A stretch of 61,439 bases of DNA, filler included, from Choristocarpus tenellus KU-1152 (GCA_964200185.2; 9 parts of 9 records of this genome joined end to end with filler, not necessarily neighbours in it), one strand, 5' to 3'; counted from the first letter of the whole stretch, positions 24,623-37,837 are shown. The notes: generated by a model from the sequence alone, not told the origin. Numbers and translations are program-made.

Positions 24623-27007
24623 ATGAAGATCGAAGTAGCGGGTACACTGGCTGCACTGGCCTTTGTGCCAGCAGCAGCCTTTGTGCCCACGGCAAGCAGA
24701 GCGGCCTTGAGAAGTCAAGGTGGCGTCCTGTCTTAAGAATGTAGTCTCGGTTCTGTCGGTCTGGCTTCTAGACAAGATGATTGTGCCACTCCAACCCTGT
24801 CGAAGCTTGCATTCACCTCCTCGCCAGTTTCTCTTGTCTTGGGATGTGTCATTAGTAGTGTAAAAACCTCAGAATTGCTCCCCCATTCCATGGAGATGAT
24901 GACATTGGGATAAACAATGAAAACACCTGGCCTATCCCTCCTCACCTGTTAATTTTGGATGTCTTTGCATATACTATTCATGTTATGCATTGGGGGGCTT
25001 AGGGAGTGCTACAGTAGGGACCCTTCGGTCCCAGGCTGCGTGCCCACTAGCTCTTCGGCGGACGGGATCGTCCTTGTATGCGGCGGACTCAACCTCGGAG
25101 AGTATGACTACTGAGGAGGGGGGCGGGGATGATGAGGTCGAGGAGGAAGAGGTTGAAGAGGTGGTTGCCACTAAGCAGAAAGGCTCCAAAAAGAAGGAAA
25201 GGATGGAGAAGAAGATGAAGGTGGGAAAGCGGCAGAGGTCGAACTATCATACCAGAATATCATGGATGACATCCCAAAAAGTATCATCCAAGATTGCCTA
25301 TACCACTGCACAAGTAGTTTTAGGTAGTCGGAATAGGATGTTGTGGAGATAGCACCAGGGCCACTCTACTTGGGACGGGATGAGGTTTGTGAAGCTAGAT
25401 TGATGTTCCATGCTGTATTTCATGCCTTTGCCATCGTTGCCAACCTGCCTTTGCCATCGTTGCCAACCTGCCTTTGCCATCGTTGCCAACCTGCCTTCTT
25501 CATCCTCGTGGTCAGGTGAAGCTGGACACCGAGGTTACCTTTTTCGAGGGCGCCCCGGACGCGTCTGAAGTGGTTGCGCCCGCGATATCGGTGCTGACCG
25601 TGATTGGACTGGTCCCCTTCTCGGCGGCTCTTGCAAGGCAGGCATGGGTAAAGTACACAATCACCTCTCGTCGTATCAAGGTGAGAAGCAGTACAAAATG
25701 CATGGATGAGGTTGATGAAGATGTTGCTCATGGTTTGCTCTTCATGCTAAGATGTCATAGACCTAAATAGGGCTATCCCAATGCGTGCGTTTTGGTTAGT
25801 AGATTTTCGTCGAGCGTTTGCAAACTGTGGAACAAGGTAAGGATATGTTATTTTACGCCGGGACTTGTGTGCTGCACTAGAGAGTGTAGAAGTGCTTGTG
25901 GAGAATGGAAGAGGCCCTGTGGTGGTGTATTTGGGAGCCTGTGACCTTAGCCTAAAGTGTACATGTGTGCCCTCCTAACTCCTGTTTTTCATCCATTTTT
26001 TTCTACCCTACACTTAACTTATCTTGGGTGGTCCAACTGTGCCTTCCAGGTTGTGAGTGGCTGGGCTGGAAGGGACACAACCGAGGTTGTTTATCCTGAC
26101 ATAACGGACATGGTCTACATCTGGCGCTTCTTTGGCAGGTGATGAAAAACCCTATCCCTGCTCTTATCTCTCAGCCTAACCAATCCTGCCAATGTAAAGT
26201 TGTTTGAGGTTAAAGGGTGTTTTTGTTAGTCTTTAGTGTATGGTGTGGATATAATGCCATTGTCTGAGCACACACTTCATTTGCACCATCCTGTGCTGCC
26301 TCTTGTGTGGAAAATATCAAGAGTAAGAATTAGTAGGGGTTTTTTTGTTAATTCCTACCTCTTCCGTGGTATATTCATACTACAGGCAAATGAATTTGGT
26401 GGGATATTGCAGAAGATAGCATGGAGCAATATTTATAGCTCGGAACACTTCTTGATTGGGGGGTTTTGGGAAGTAAGTAGTTAGTCCTTGGCAAACTTGG
26501 AACTAGTTTCTCCTGGGTGGCATTTTCTGTTCGCGAGTGTTCCGGTTGGTCAAGTCAGGGCATACAATTGGGAATACAAACTTTATATCCAACATTGCAA
26601 TGCACTCTCTGGTTGACAATGCAAGTGAGCTCACCTTTTTGTGTGGATTATTTTGGTTGATGAAAGACCTCTAACTCGAACCTAGTATAGTGAAGTGCAC
26701 TCACAGAGGAGACCTCGTTCAATCTGGACATGTGCTCTAGAGTAGAATTGCATTCGGGTTGTGGTACTGAAAAACAGGTTTTTCCAGGGGTTGCATGGAG
26801 CAGTTGAGGTAGAGCAAAGCCAGCACTGAAGACCCTATGAATTGCCCAATGTGCTTTTGAAGGTGTGGAGATTTGGTCCTAACTCTGCGGGATGGATCTA
26901 AGCTTGAGATTCGATCACTGCCAGAATTTGAACGCAACTACAATTACATTCTAGAGCGGTGCTCTCCAGAGTGCCAGGCAAGGGCACCCAAGATCACACC
27001 TGCATAA
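24623..27007 (+). CDS. Plastid-targeted cyanobacterial-type PH-domain (bPH_2/DUF304-like) membrane protein, ~237 aa. Exons 24623-24719, 25003-25220, 25516-25680, 26050-26138, 26863-27007
   Basis: All introns GT-AG and phase-consistent. Signal peptide plus AAAFVP (ASAFAP) motif and a transit peptide. The mature region FFEGAP..LTVIGLVP..RQAWVKYTITSRRIKVVSGWAGRD.TEVVY.DI..GDLVLTLRDGSKLEIRSLPEF matches the cyanobacterial PH-domain family by eye. Confidence 0.9.
25423..25497 (+). repeat. 23-bp minisatellite x3.3 in intron 2
   Basis: Perfect tandem tgcctttgccatcgttgccaacc just upstream of the acceptor at 25515. Confidence 0.95.
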
Positions 27008-29594
27008 CTCCGTCTCAATGTGCTGAGATTGTTCTCATCAAAACTCAGAATGTTTTCATACCATGTATGGGCCATTGGTGATAGAGTCTGAAACGATAAT
27101 GGACTGAAAATTCCCCCATGGGGGGTAAGGGGGGGGGCACATTTCTGTGTCTGTGTCTGTGTCTGTGTGATGCGTAGAAACCTGAATAGCAGTCAACCCC
27201 ATCAATAGAAGGTTGTGAATGATCCACAACTGTACCTTAGGATTAGGTGCACAATAGAAGCGTGTGTTGTGCCTACTTGTTGATTTACGGTAGCATTGCA
27301 TACATGACCTTGGACTGCTGTGGTACCAGTTGGTTGGGGTGCAGGCAATATTTCAAGGACTAATCTTTGCCCTGTGCAAGTTGTTTTTGATGCATGGCAT
27401 GCCCGTGGTTAGAAAATGTGACTGACAAGGAGGGCTAGAGTTGTGTGTGAGGCACGTGTGCAGTGTAGTGGCCCTTGTCTAGCCCGCATCAATATGGTAC
27501 TGATGGCTGCTATTCATATCCCATCTTGTTGCTTTTGATGAGATATGGGATGCGCGCAGGAGAGATCCTAAGCACTGGGAGAAACTCAATATCCCCCCGT
27601 GGACGCAGGAGTAAGCAGCAGGGGAGTAGGGATGCAGAGAATCTGTTTGTTCGGTGTGATTGTTGGTGTTTTCTAAGTAATGGATGCAGTGGTTGCAGGA
27701 CCCACATGTCTAATGCCCAGGAGAACCAATCGAGAATCACATTCATTTGAAGTTTCTACTCTCACGGGACTGACTGACGCTAAGAATCACAGTGTTGGTT
27801 CATTTATCTGTGGTGTGATGCCAACAGTTACATTATCTAGGTTCAGTCGATTGTAGTACATTTACGCCTGCTCTTCCAATGATGGTGGGAGTGAACTGGG
27901 TACGGGATTTTATTGATTTAGAGTACATGCTTGTCCTGTCATGGTCCAAGTGAAGGGAGCGTTTAGATGTGTGTGTGGGAAGGAGAAGGAGAAGGAGAAC
28001 GGAACCTTTGATCTATTTTGCATTAATGAGAATCTACATGTCTGTTATCCTGCCTGAATTGTCCCTGTGTTTAATGTGAGAGTGCATGTACATGATGGGT
28101 CAGGAATTCTTGTGTATAGTTGGACAAGTGCTACAGTGCTACTTCTAGCTCTATCTGTTTGATTCATGGTACATTTTAAAGGTCAGGATACCGGAGTAAT
28201 TCTTTGATGTCAGTTGTGTGCCCTAAATACCTATCAAAATATTTTCCTTGAGGAAAGCTAAATCGACTCAGAAAGTTCAATGCACTTGCTTGTTACTGTG
28301 TCATGCACTAAGGACTGAGCAGTGCAGCTCTCTGTGAGCAGAGCGTGCACATCGACAAGAAAGTATCCAGTCAACAAATTCCCCTTGGTGTATGGCTTTG
28401 CTTTTTAATTTATCGCGATTTTATTCAAAACCACTATGATTCGCAAAACTAGGTTTTCTTGGTTTGGTCAAAAGAGGGACAAGAGGGTTTGGCAGGTTCC
28501 TACCACTGCCAGCTTACGGCAAGACTTGTTGCAATAATTGGTGTTACGCTTACGCTGTTTGTGCTGATACAAGCATGTGTAGCACATTATGACAGTTTCA
28601 TGTACGTTTATGTCTTGTTCGGTACAATACAGAGTAGTGTTGTACATAGTGGTATGATGAGTCAGTCTTTGGTCACAGGTCAGGTGATGGCTGACTGAGA
28701 CAGGAACACGGAGGATAGTTAATGATCAGTGTGTGTTCACCATGTATAACCCACCAGTGGCTTGTGGCGATGAGCCTTTCTTGCGCAATGCTTTATGTCA
28801 AGACTTTCGTGTGTTTTGATCCATGTATGTGCTACAATGGATGAGCAATCTCTGCTTGGGTCTAAACAGGGAAATACCGGAATGCTAGAGGAACTATGAA
28901 GGAGGTGAAGCGTAGTTCTTCGAAGTAAGAAAGGATTTTGTTACTATGCACTCCTTGTATATATATATGTATATGTAAGTTCTGGACATACGGGGATGTA
29001 AGGCTTTCATATAAACCTTGATCTTCTTGGCGAACAAAGACCAGAGGACTGGGTGCTTTTTGATGAAGTCAATGAATCGTTTCAGCAATGAAAAAAACCT
29101 TCCGCTTGCTTTTTTTCTGCCAAACTCTACTCCTTAGACTCAGTTGGTCACTGTAGTAACTCCAGTCCGTTCGAGATGATGCGTTCACCACAAGAAGGTA
29201 CACGTATGTAACAATTATGTATACTGAGCTGAAACAAAGAATATGTGTAAGCTGCTCACTCCTCGTTACAAAATAATTATCCTTTCTTTGAGTAGTCCGT
29301 GTTAAGCGATGCCTTACCGTGCTTCCTTCTATTTCATGCAATGATCAAATGTCTGGCACTTTGACCTGGCTTGAGTTTCATGATGCTCAACTATGTGTGG
29401 ACTCTGGATCTCCCTTGGAGACTTGCTCATCATCATACAGTATATGTATGGGAAGTGTTATTTCACGAACAGACAGATACCTGTCATCTCACTCTTTTTT
29501 CTTGTAATCCTATACTATTACTCTTATGGTATTAAACTGACTTTTCCCTTCACATCACAAGTCGTATCTCCAAAACGTCAGAGCGCAAAATAAT

Positions 29595-30045
29595 ATGCAA
29601 CTACTGTGAAACAGATGGAAACAAGCCAACAGGTTCTTCGTAATGAAGGGGAGCGGGAAGACCCATAGGAGGCAAGGAAAAAGATAGAGACAAGACAAGA
29701 AGGAGAGCAACCCCTCTGAAGATCACTTGGGAAAGGAGTGAACAAGTGGTAACTGAATGTTGTGGGGGGTTTGGCAAGGTCCCTTTAAACCACCCGATCT
29801 GACTTCAAGCAGATATTACCTTCAACGTGCAAGAACATATGTCGTATGAATATCAGATTCTTCAAGATAAGTTACCTTCAGGGTATACCTTCTGTGGAAG
29901 ATGGCTCTCACACTACTACAATAATTGTAGAAGAAATGGGTAGATATTTAGCAAAAATTATAATGTATTCGATTTTTGTTATTATGCCCCCTGATATTTT
30001 CCAGATGTGTCCTGGGAAAACCAATGAAACTATTCACCTGTCAGT
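29595..30045 (+). repeat. Old interspersed repeat; inverted homolog at ~50865-51310, short sub-fragments at ~32410-32465 and ~53218-53260
   Basis: Shared blocks such as atgccc.ctga.atttt.cagatgtgtc..gggaaaaccaatgaaa, gaaggggag.gggaagac and gaaaggagtgaacaag. Confidence 0.6.
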
Positions 30046-30794
30046 ATATAAACCCTAAAGAAGTAAAATATGTCACAATGTGATAACACTAATCTGTTAT
30101 TTCACCACTATTTATGTTGTACCACTGCCTTCCTGTGCCTCTGATCTACCTATTCCAGCACCCCAGGGTGAGGAGCTAGGGAGGCATCCCAAGAATCTAA
30201 CAAACCCCTCCTCGCCCTTCTCCCTGGTGACTCCAGTTTAAAACGCATGACACGTCCAGAGAGTGCCACCTGTCACAGTGTGCTGTTATCGAGACTACTT
30301 GAAGTAGACAGGATTTTAGCTCTATATATGTACTCTATATATCGTATTTTTTTATTATTGTAGGAAAATGCCGTTATATATTATGTAGGTAAGGCAAAAC
30401 AGATCTAACAGGTAATACTATATGCATTGATAACAATAACACCAATAAATTAACGGCATTACGGTCAAAGAGGCACACCGATCGGGCTCAAGCCAGGGAT
30501 AGTTGCTGAAGCCTGAAGTCAGTGATCAGATTGATGCGTGACGTGGGCACTTTGCAAGGAACGTTACAACATCCATGATATGCTGCTTCGGATTCCACAG
30601 AGACAAAGAGAAACTACGCTCTGTCTGTCGTGTGGTGCCCACTTTGCTTGAAACAGCAAACAACCCTCCCTTTCCCCATCGACATGCAATCAGAAGAAGT
30701 CCCCCGGTATCTCGTCATGATGTCTTATCATGGTAGCTTGGTCCTGCGTGTTTCCTGGTGATACGAAAATACTAGTAAAACATTATCCTATTTT

Positions 30795-31052
30795 GAGTGA
30801 AAGTATCTTAGAGGGTTCGAGTTTTGCCCTGTTTGTCCATTTCGGGCTTGGCTTCCCTCGGAGTTTTTATGACATTTTCCTCCTCCGAAATATTTCGGAG
30901 TAGGTAAAATGTGTACATTATGAAAATGTGTGTCCGGAATAAGGATATTGGCAGTTCTTAATAAATACAATAGCCAAAATTACATCAAAATCGCAACATT
31001 GGATTTTGGCCCCCAAATGGACACGGCTCTACCCTCTAAGATAATTTGACTC
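30795..31052 (+). mobile_element. MITE family A
   Basis: TIR gagtgaaagtatcttagaggg ... ccctctaagataatttgactc; ttt/ttt flanks. Confidence 0.92.
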
Positions 31053-31806
31053 TTTATGATGAGATGCGAAACAGACCCTGTCTGTCCATGGGGCATGGCA
31101 ATCAATGTGCAGTGCATATATATACACAAGTACTCTGTAGTGTAATGCATGGATACGTCAAGAAGAGAGTATCAGATACTTCAAAGTACATGCTACATTT
31201 GGTTTGATGCGATTTCTGTTTCTTGTATTTTCTCATTTTTCTCCCCCCGGACAACATGTTAATGTGTGGGGAAGAGAAAAAGCAATAGTTCCAAGTGCTG
31301 GAGTGCATGAGAAACAACTTATCTAACAGGGCTCCATCCCATATTTTCAAAAGAATTCAAGCGACTATTAATATAGTCCCTAGCTCATCCAGGAATTCCT
31401 CTCATTCTGTACCAACACGCCTCAATGGTTTCTACTTCCCAATACGATTATTAATTTCTTTTATTTTTCACATGAAAAGGGGAAAATAAACAAATATAAA
31501 ATACCCACCTGTTCGCGTCTGGAGATAGATGCCAACAAAAAAGAAAACGATGAGCAAAATGAGGAAATTGGGAAGTTTAACGGCTATATGTCGGATATGG
31601 CAAACATTGCACACATTGGACAACATCTTACACCCTTAAACAATATAATTTGCTCATGACAGTTAACACTAACGAAAAATACATCGTAACACTCTGTAGT
31701 GCCCTTAACACTCCACTCCAAAACATACATAACTCCATTTATAAACTACATGCAGCCCCTTGGTGCTACTCAACCAATCCGATGTATCACGATATATTTC
31801 CAGGTT

Positions 31807-31987
31807 AGGTTCAAAGTATCTGGGGGGGCGTGGCGGCTGTCCTTTTGGGGTCAATTTTTTCACGTTACGATTTTGGGCGATTTGGTTGCATACGTCCGAT
31901 GAATAATGTAAGCGAGCTTTTCCTGGTTTTGGCCCAAATGGACACCCTGGTGTAGACAGTCCTCCCCCCCTCAGATGCTTTGGGTCC
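31807..31987 (+). mobile_element. MITE family B (~180 bp, TIR consensus GGGCTCAAAGTATCTGGGG)
   Basis: Inverted termini aggttcaaagtatctggggggg ... cccccctcagatgctttgggtcc. Other termini at 8441-8458, 35372-35416, 49281-49298 and 57096-57156. Confidence 0.75.
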
Positions 31988-34900
31988 CATAACATATTGT
32001 GTGCGTTTCGCACAAGAGGGTTATGAGCACTAGGCGGTGTTGCTTGTGTTTTGGATTCTAGGAGCTGTGTTGCGGGCACTAATGTATATTGCCGTATATA
32101 TATATGTATGGCCGGACCGTTACCTTTACTGTAGAGTATCAGGATGTACATTTTCATCCCCAATGAGACGTCACAGATCACGATATTGAGTGGTATAGTA
32201 TGTTGTTCAAAACGTAGGTATGCCATGCTTGCCATATCTTAGGTGTGTTGCTTCTACCAATAGATTTTAAACAGTTCAATCTTCTTATTTTTGTTCGCCG
32301 TTTCTTTTGTTGATATTCTACTCTGGAGTATAGCCATCCATCATGCCATGACTATCGCTACACTCAAACCGGAGGATACTTGCCACTCTCCCGCCTCTCC
32401 TTCATTATATTATAATGCCCTCTGACATTTTGCAGATGTGTCAGGGGGAAAACCAATGAAAACTATATGTATGTCATTATTATCCATCTCATAAAACATC
32501 AATCACAACAATGAATTCTACATTACACTTACTTTCGTATCACTTTGTGAACAGTTGTGTGATCATTGTACGGTAATACAATTTTTAACAAGAAAAACAA
32601 ATTGCTTCCCTTTCCATCCATCAATTAGAAGATGTAGACGAAAAAACATACATTTAAAAGGTGGTAAGAGTTACCTATTCGATCCAGAAGAGATAATCAA
32701 CTACCACCGCTGCAACTGGACAATTGAACACTAGCAAGTATTTCAACATCTTCATACTATAGCAGTGGATTTTAAAAATTGAGGATGGAGCGGGGCTATG
32801 AGGATGGTTGTTCTGCGAAAACGGTCTTGAAAAAGTACCGAAAGGTCTTTTTTGCAACTGTTTTTGCACTTGGAAGGGCCCGGGATATGNNNNNNNNNNN
32901 NNNNNNNNNNNNNNNNNNNNNNNNNNNNNNNNNTTAATTAATTAANNNNNNNNNNNNNNNNNNNNNNNNNNNNNNNNNNNNNNNNNNNNGGTTCAGTTCT
33001 TCAGCAGGGTGTCCGAGATGCTACCCCCTGCCCACTTCGCCCTGTCATTGACATCAGCTGACTATAGGAGGTAGGTGAATTGCAACAGCTACTAACGCAC
33101 TGCTACTGTAATGTGTCCAAGAAACATGGTTTGACTTACCATGTCAAGGAAGATGGATGTCTCCTGCCATGTGCAAAGTGGGTCACAAGAGTGGCATCTT
33201 TGGAGATAGCGGCATGACTATTGAGGAGCACTGCCTCCACCTGGTGAAAGGACTCCCTTGTCTTCTAGTTTGTGTCACTGTAAGCACAGGGCAACCCTTA
33301 CTTTGCCTCCCTCATCTTCCCTTGGTAACATTCCTGTGATGTGCTGAGTACACTTCTCTTGTGCAAATTACTGCTTGGTTTGCCTGGGGCACAGGAGGGA
33401 GACTGGGGCGAGTGGAGGGAGCACAGGTTGTGTATCATAGGGGGGCTCTTCCAGATGTTTTGGCTTTAGTGGATAGTATTTTGTCTGGTAGGGGAAGCTT
33501 GGAGCAACTTTCTTCCGGTGTTTGGGGTAGAGAGGATTCTTATTTGTGCCTAGAGTGATCGTGACACCTGTCTTTGCTCCAAGTGGTAATAAACAAGAGC
33601 ATCATAGATAGGATCTGATCTATTGAGATGAGCTAGCAGAGGCAATGAAGATCTACGTATAGGACGCACAGGCACCTTTTCAAAATTATGGATTAATGGT
33701 AAGATTTGTGATCAATGTGGTGCTCGTTGTATTATTGTGTGTGTGTGTGTGTATGTGTGTGTGTTTTGTAGTTTGGGGCAATATGTGTTGTAGTTCTATT
33801 ATAATGCATGTGGTGTGCAGCATGCCACGGCATGTACGTTCTGATGGTGCCAGTGGGTAAAGATGCTTGGGTGCAATGTTTTTGTCTACAACATGGCCTC
33901 ACCCCCCCACAAAGTCCCTGACGTGGAGAATACACTCATATAATATATATATATATACTTGCCAAACACGCACCAATTCTTTACGAACTAGTAGAAGGTT
34001 GCTGCTACGAAGGTGGTTAGGCGTTAATCGTTTTTCGTTAGTTGTAGACCATGAAACCTCAATTTTATAGCCCTTGTGCTCTCTACACAAGAAGGATGGA
34101 GTCCAGGTTGCTGTGGGTAACCACTGCTTGGCATGTGCAGTGGTACACCTCGGAAGTAGCAGCAGCCTTGGGTGAGATGTTTGTGCAACCAGCAGAGGTA
34201 CTCTTCGTCAACATAAACACAATGAATTCCGTTGTGGCTGGGTCATTACTTCATCAACTGGTAGACTCAAGCCCACTCTTGAACTACAAGAGTGAGCTCA
34301 TTTGCGAAACTGTCACATAGGTGGGGTGCTATTCTTAACAAGACCAGGAAGCTCACCGTCCAATATTGGTTAGTTTGAGGAGCTTGGTACATACGCCAAG
34401 TAATTCCACCCCCTGATTTATTCCACCGTTTACATTGATATTCTGGAGTGTATCTGATATGAATGAAGGATTTTGTGATGCGAGCAACAGATGATGCATG
34501 TAGAAATCAAATCGTGTTTATGGTAGGGCAAAGAAATAAATTGCAGTGCTATCTATGCGTCCAACAGGCTGTGATCTTGTGTGACATCCTTCAAGTAAGT
34601 GTGTGTTCGACAATTTAGTGTACTGGATTGGAGGGGGTGGATGAGTGGATTGACATTCTTGTGGATATACATGGGGTTAGAAGCAAAGGGAATGTTCAAT
34701 TCCTTTTGCCTGCAAGGACCCCTGACTGTAGTGGTGGTGGTGTGGTTTGGTTTCGTTGAATATATATATATATATATATATCATGCTCAAGTCACAGGAA
34801 TCTGTGTCCTGTTGTATTTTTTACAACAGTATATTGTTGAATGTGCTCCGAAAACACAATTTTGTTGAACTCAAGACTCCGCTCCCATCTTGATGGTAAG

Positions 34901-35113
34901 GCAGAAATTTTCACTTCTCATTTTTTTTAAAGGGGATTCAATTCTTTGAGGTAGAATAAAAGCAGCATTTTCTGGGGAGAAAGGGGTCCGAGCTAATAAT
35001 GAATCCAGTTGGTATGGTTTTGTGCGTGTTGTACATTTGTTGCCTTGAGTCTTGAAGACCCAAAGAGAGGACAATGTGCTCGTTAGCCATAATTCATTAT
35101 CATGTTTGTACTA

Positions 35114-35371
35114 GAGCCGAAGTATCTCAGAGGGTATAGCCGCGTCCATTTGGGGGCCAAAATCCAATGTTGCGATTTGTATGTAATTTTGGCTATAGTG
35201 TTAGTTAGGAAGTGTCAATATCTATGTTTCGGACACACCTTTTCATAACGTACACATTTTATCTACTCCTAAACATTTCGGATTAGGAAAATATCACTAA
35301 AAAAACGTGGGAAGCCAAGCCCTAAAAGGACAAACAGGGAAAAACTCGTACCCTCTAAGATAATTTCACTC
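35114..35371 (-). mobile_element. MITE family A, abutting a family B terminus (35372-35416)
   Basis: Both TIRs present; no target-site duplication visible. Confidence 0.9.
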
Positions 35372-35599
35372 ACCCCAAATGGACAGACGCCACCCCCTTC
35401 CAGATACTTTGAGCCCAAGTTCGTGCCTCGCGAGGCAGATACCCATGCCATACATGTGATTTACCATTCCACTATCCATGTGCTCCTCCATGACTGTTCT
35501 CGACCACTCTAAGGGGCGTCCGGAACAAACGACCCCCGGCCGACCCCAACCAAGGAAAGAAGAACAGGACACAAGGAAAGGGGAAGAAAAACAGACCAG

Positions 35600-37314
35600 G
35601 GGACGGTGATCCAGACCCTGCGTCTGCTGTCCAGGCCGAGGAAGAATGGGCATTGCCAACGTGGAAAATCAAAGGGGCATACTTGAGAAGAATGCACACC
35701 AAGGATGTCCTCATCAATAGGGCCGTCCTGGAGGTCGCTGTGCAAGTCATGAACGACCTCAAGAGGAAAGACAAGCTCGGGATCGACCCCTACGCCAATG
35801 ATTCCACAGCCTGGTCTTCAGAAGAGTCTGCTCCAAAGAAACAATACATCCTGAGCGAAGAGGTACTCAAGGGAGTGTCAAGTTCATCCTCTCATCTGTC
35901 CACCGTATTTGAGTCCATAACAAGTCACCTCATATAAACACCCTGATCGCACACATTAATTTTACCCCATAAATTCCAAAGGTGAAAAGGGACCTCGTGT
36001 TGCGGGAGGATGTGGAGGAGGGTACAGTCTACCTGGACACCGTCAAATACTCAGAGGTCGTTACCTTGAACACCAGCGGCGAACATGCAGGCAAGCAATT
36101 ACATCATTGTACAACATCGCCAGACGTGAACATCACACATCCTTCGAGTGAAAGTATCTTAGAGGGTACGATTTCTGCCCTGTTTATCCATTTGGGGCTT
36201 GGCTTCCCACAGGTTTTTAATGGCATTTTACCTACTCCAAGATGTTCCGGCGTAGGTAAATTGTTTACATTATGAAAAGGTGTGTGCGGAACAAGGATAT
36301 TAACATCTCCTAACTAATATGATAGCAAAAATTACATCAAAATTGCAACATTGGATTTTGGTCCCCAAATGGACGCGGCTCTACCCTCTAATATACTTTG
36401 ACTCTTCCCTTCACCAAAAACACACCGCCTCGACTCTCACAGATCTTACCAACATTGGACAGTTTCACACTGTACACTGACGCAGGGTTCTCGAGTTTTG
36501 TTTGTTCCGAAGATGCTCGTCGAACGGATTTATTCATACTTTCGCTGTGTTGTGTCGATCGACACAACCCAGCAGAGACTGGGAAATTATATCGCGGTTC
36601 ATGTCGTATAGTCCTATACGCATCCTCTTAACCCTATGTTACAAGCCCTACTTGTCTTCCTGATTTATGGACTCAAAGAATCCGCCCAAGTATGACAAAC
36701 CGCACGTACTCCTTTCCTTCCATCTTTTCCTCAGCCTTTGACCCCTCCTTTGCATCCTCCTTTGCATCCTCCTTTTCACCAACCTCTGCCTCATCCTTTG
36801 ACTCCTTGTCCACCATTAAAGAGATATAACACGAGTCACAAACATGGTGATCATGCCAGAGAATAACGCCACGTCCGAGCATGACCTTGACAAGTTCAAG
36901 TCCGACACGAGCACCGCACACGAGAGAGCAGTTGCCCTTCTCCAGATCCGACCAGGAGGGATCGTAATCACATGCACCGCCCTTGGGGACAACCACGATC
37001 CGGATCGTATCCAACTCCTCATCGATGAACTCTCCACCTTCCGCAATTTTGCACTGGTGAAGACCCCGATAGCTGGTGGCGTATCCACGCCTATACCTTG
37101 TGGAGAACCCGACCCTCTAGGTGATGAAGAGGAACAGGAGACGCCATCGCCTAACCCTACAGTAGGTGCAGGAAGCAGGACACTCCATGGGGAAAGGTAT
37201 CCAACCACACCCTCGGAACACGACTCTGAAGGCGATGGGGACCGGCCTGATTGTAGCGCTTTGTTGTGTCCAAAGGAAGATGTCCAGGAGGACGTGGGGG
37301 GGCGGGGCGGCTAG
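35600..37314 (+). pseudogene. Decayed spliced gene, possibly with a degenerate SET-like domain
   Basis: Phase-0 intron 35863-35981 joins ..YILSEE|VKRDLVLREDVEEGTVYL. Downstream ORF NMVIMP..IVITCTALGD..IQLLID followed by an acidic tail. The middle is interrupted by a MITE and stops. Confidence 0.4.
36146..36404 (+). mobile_element. MITE family A
   Basis: TIRs with ttc/ttc target-site duplication. Confidence 0.93.
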
Positions 37315-37578
37315 GCACGGATTCAGAGTCCATGCCTGTCAGAAGTGACACCAGAATGTCCCCAAACGTTCATGCGGTGGGCAGCAGCGGCAACCGAGTC
37401 CATCGATTATGACCTAACGGGTAGAGGGAACAGGAATGACGATATTGTGGAGTGAAGGGTTGATTTGACATCATTAGGTTCCTCACATAGGGACAAGCCT
37501 TACGCAAAAGGTAAAGGGAAGCCCAAAACGACAGTCATTAGGAAGAAGAGGCTGGGAGAGGGTGCTGGACGGATCAGA

Positions 37579-37837
37579 GAGTCAAAGTATCTTAGAGGGT
37601 AGAGCCGCGTCCATTTGGGGACCAAAATCCAATGTTGCAATTTTGATGTAACTTTGGCTATCATATTAGTTAGGAGATGTCAATATCCTTGTTCCGCACA
37701 CACCTTTTCATAATGTAAACAATTTACCTACGCTGGAACATCTTGGAGTAGGTAAAATGCCATTAAAAACCTGTGGGAAGCCAAGCCCCAAATGGACAAA
37801 CAGGGCAGAAATCGTACCCTCTAAGAAACTTTCACTC
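37579..37837 (-). mobile_element. MITE family A, near-identical inverted twin of 36146-36404
   Basis: TIRs present; shares a diagnostic set of variants with the 36146 copy. Confidence 0.93.
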
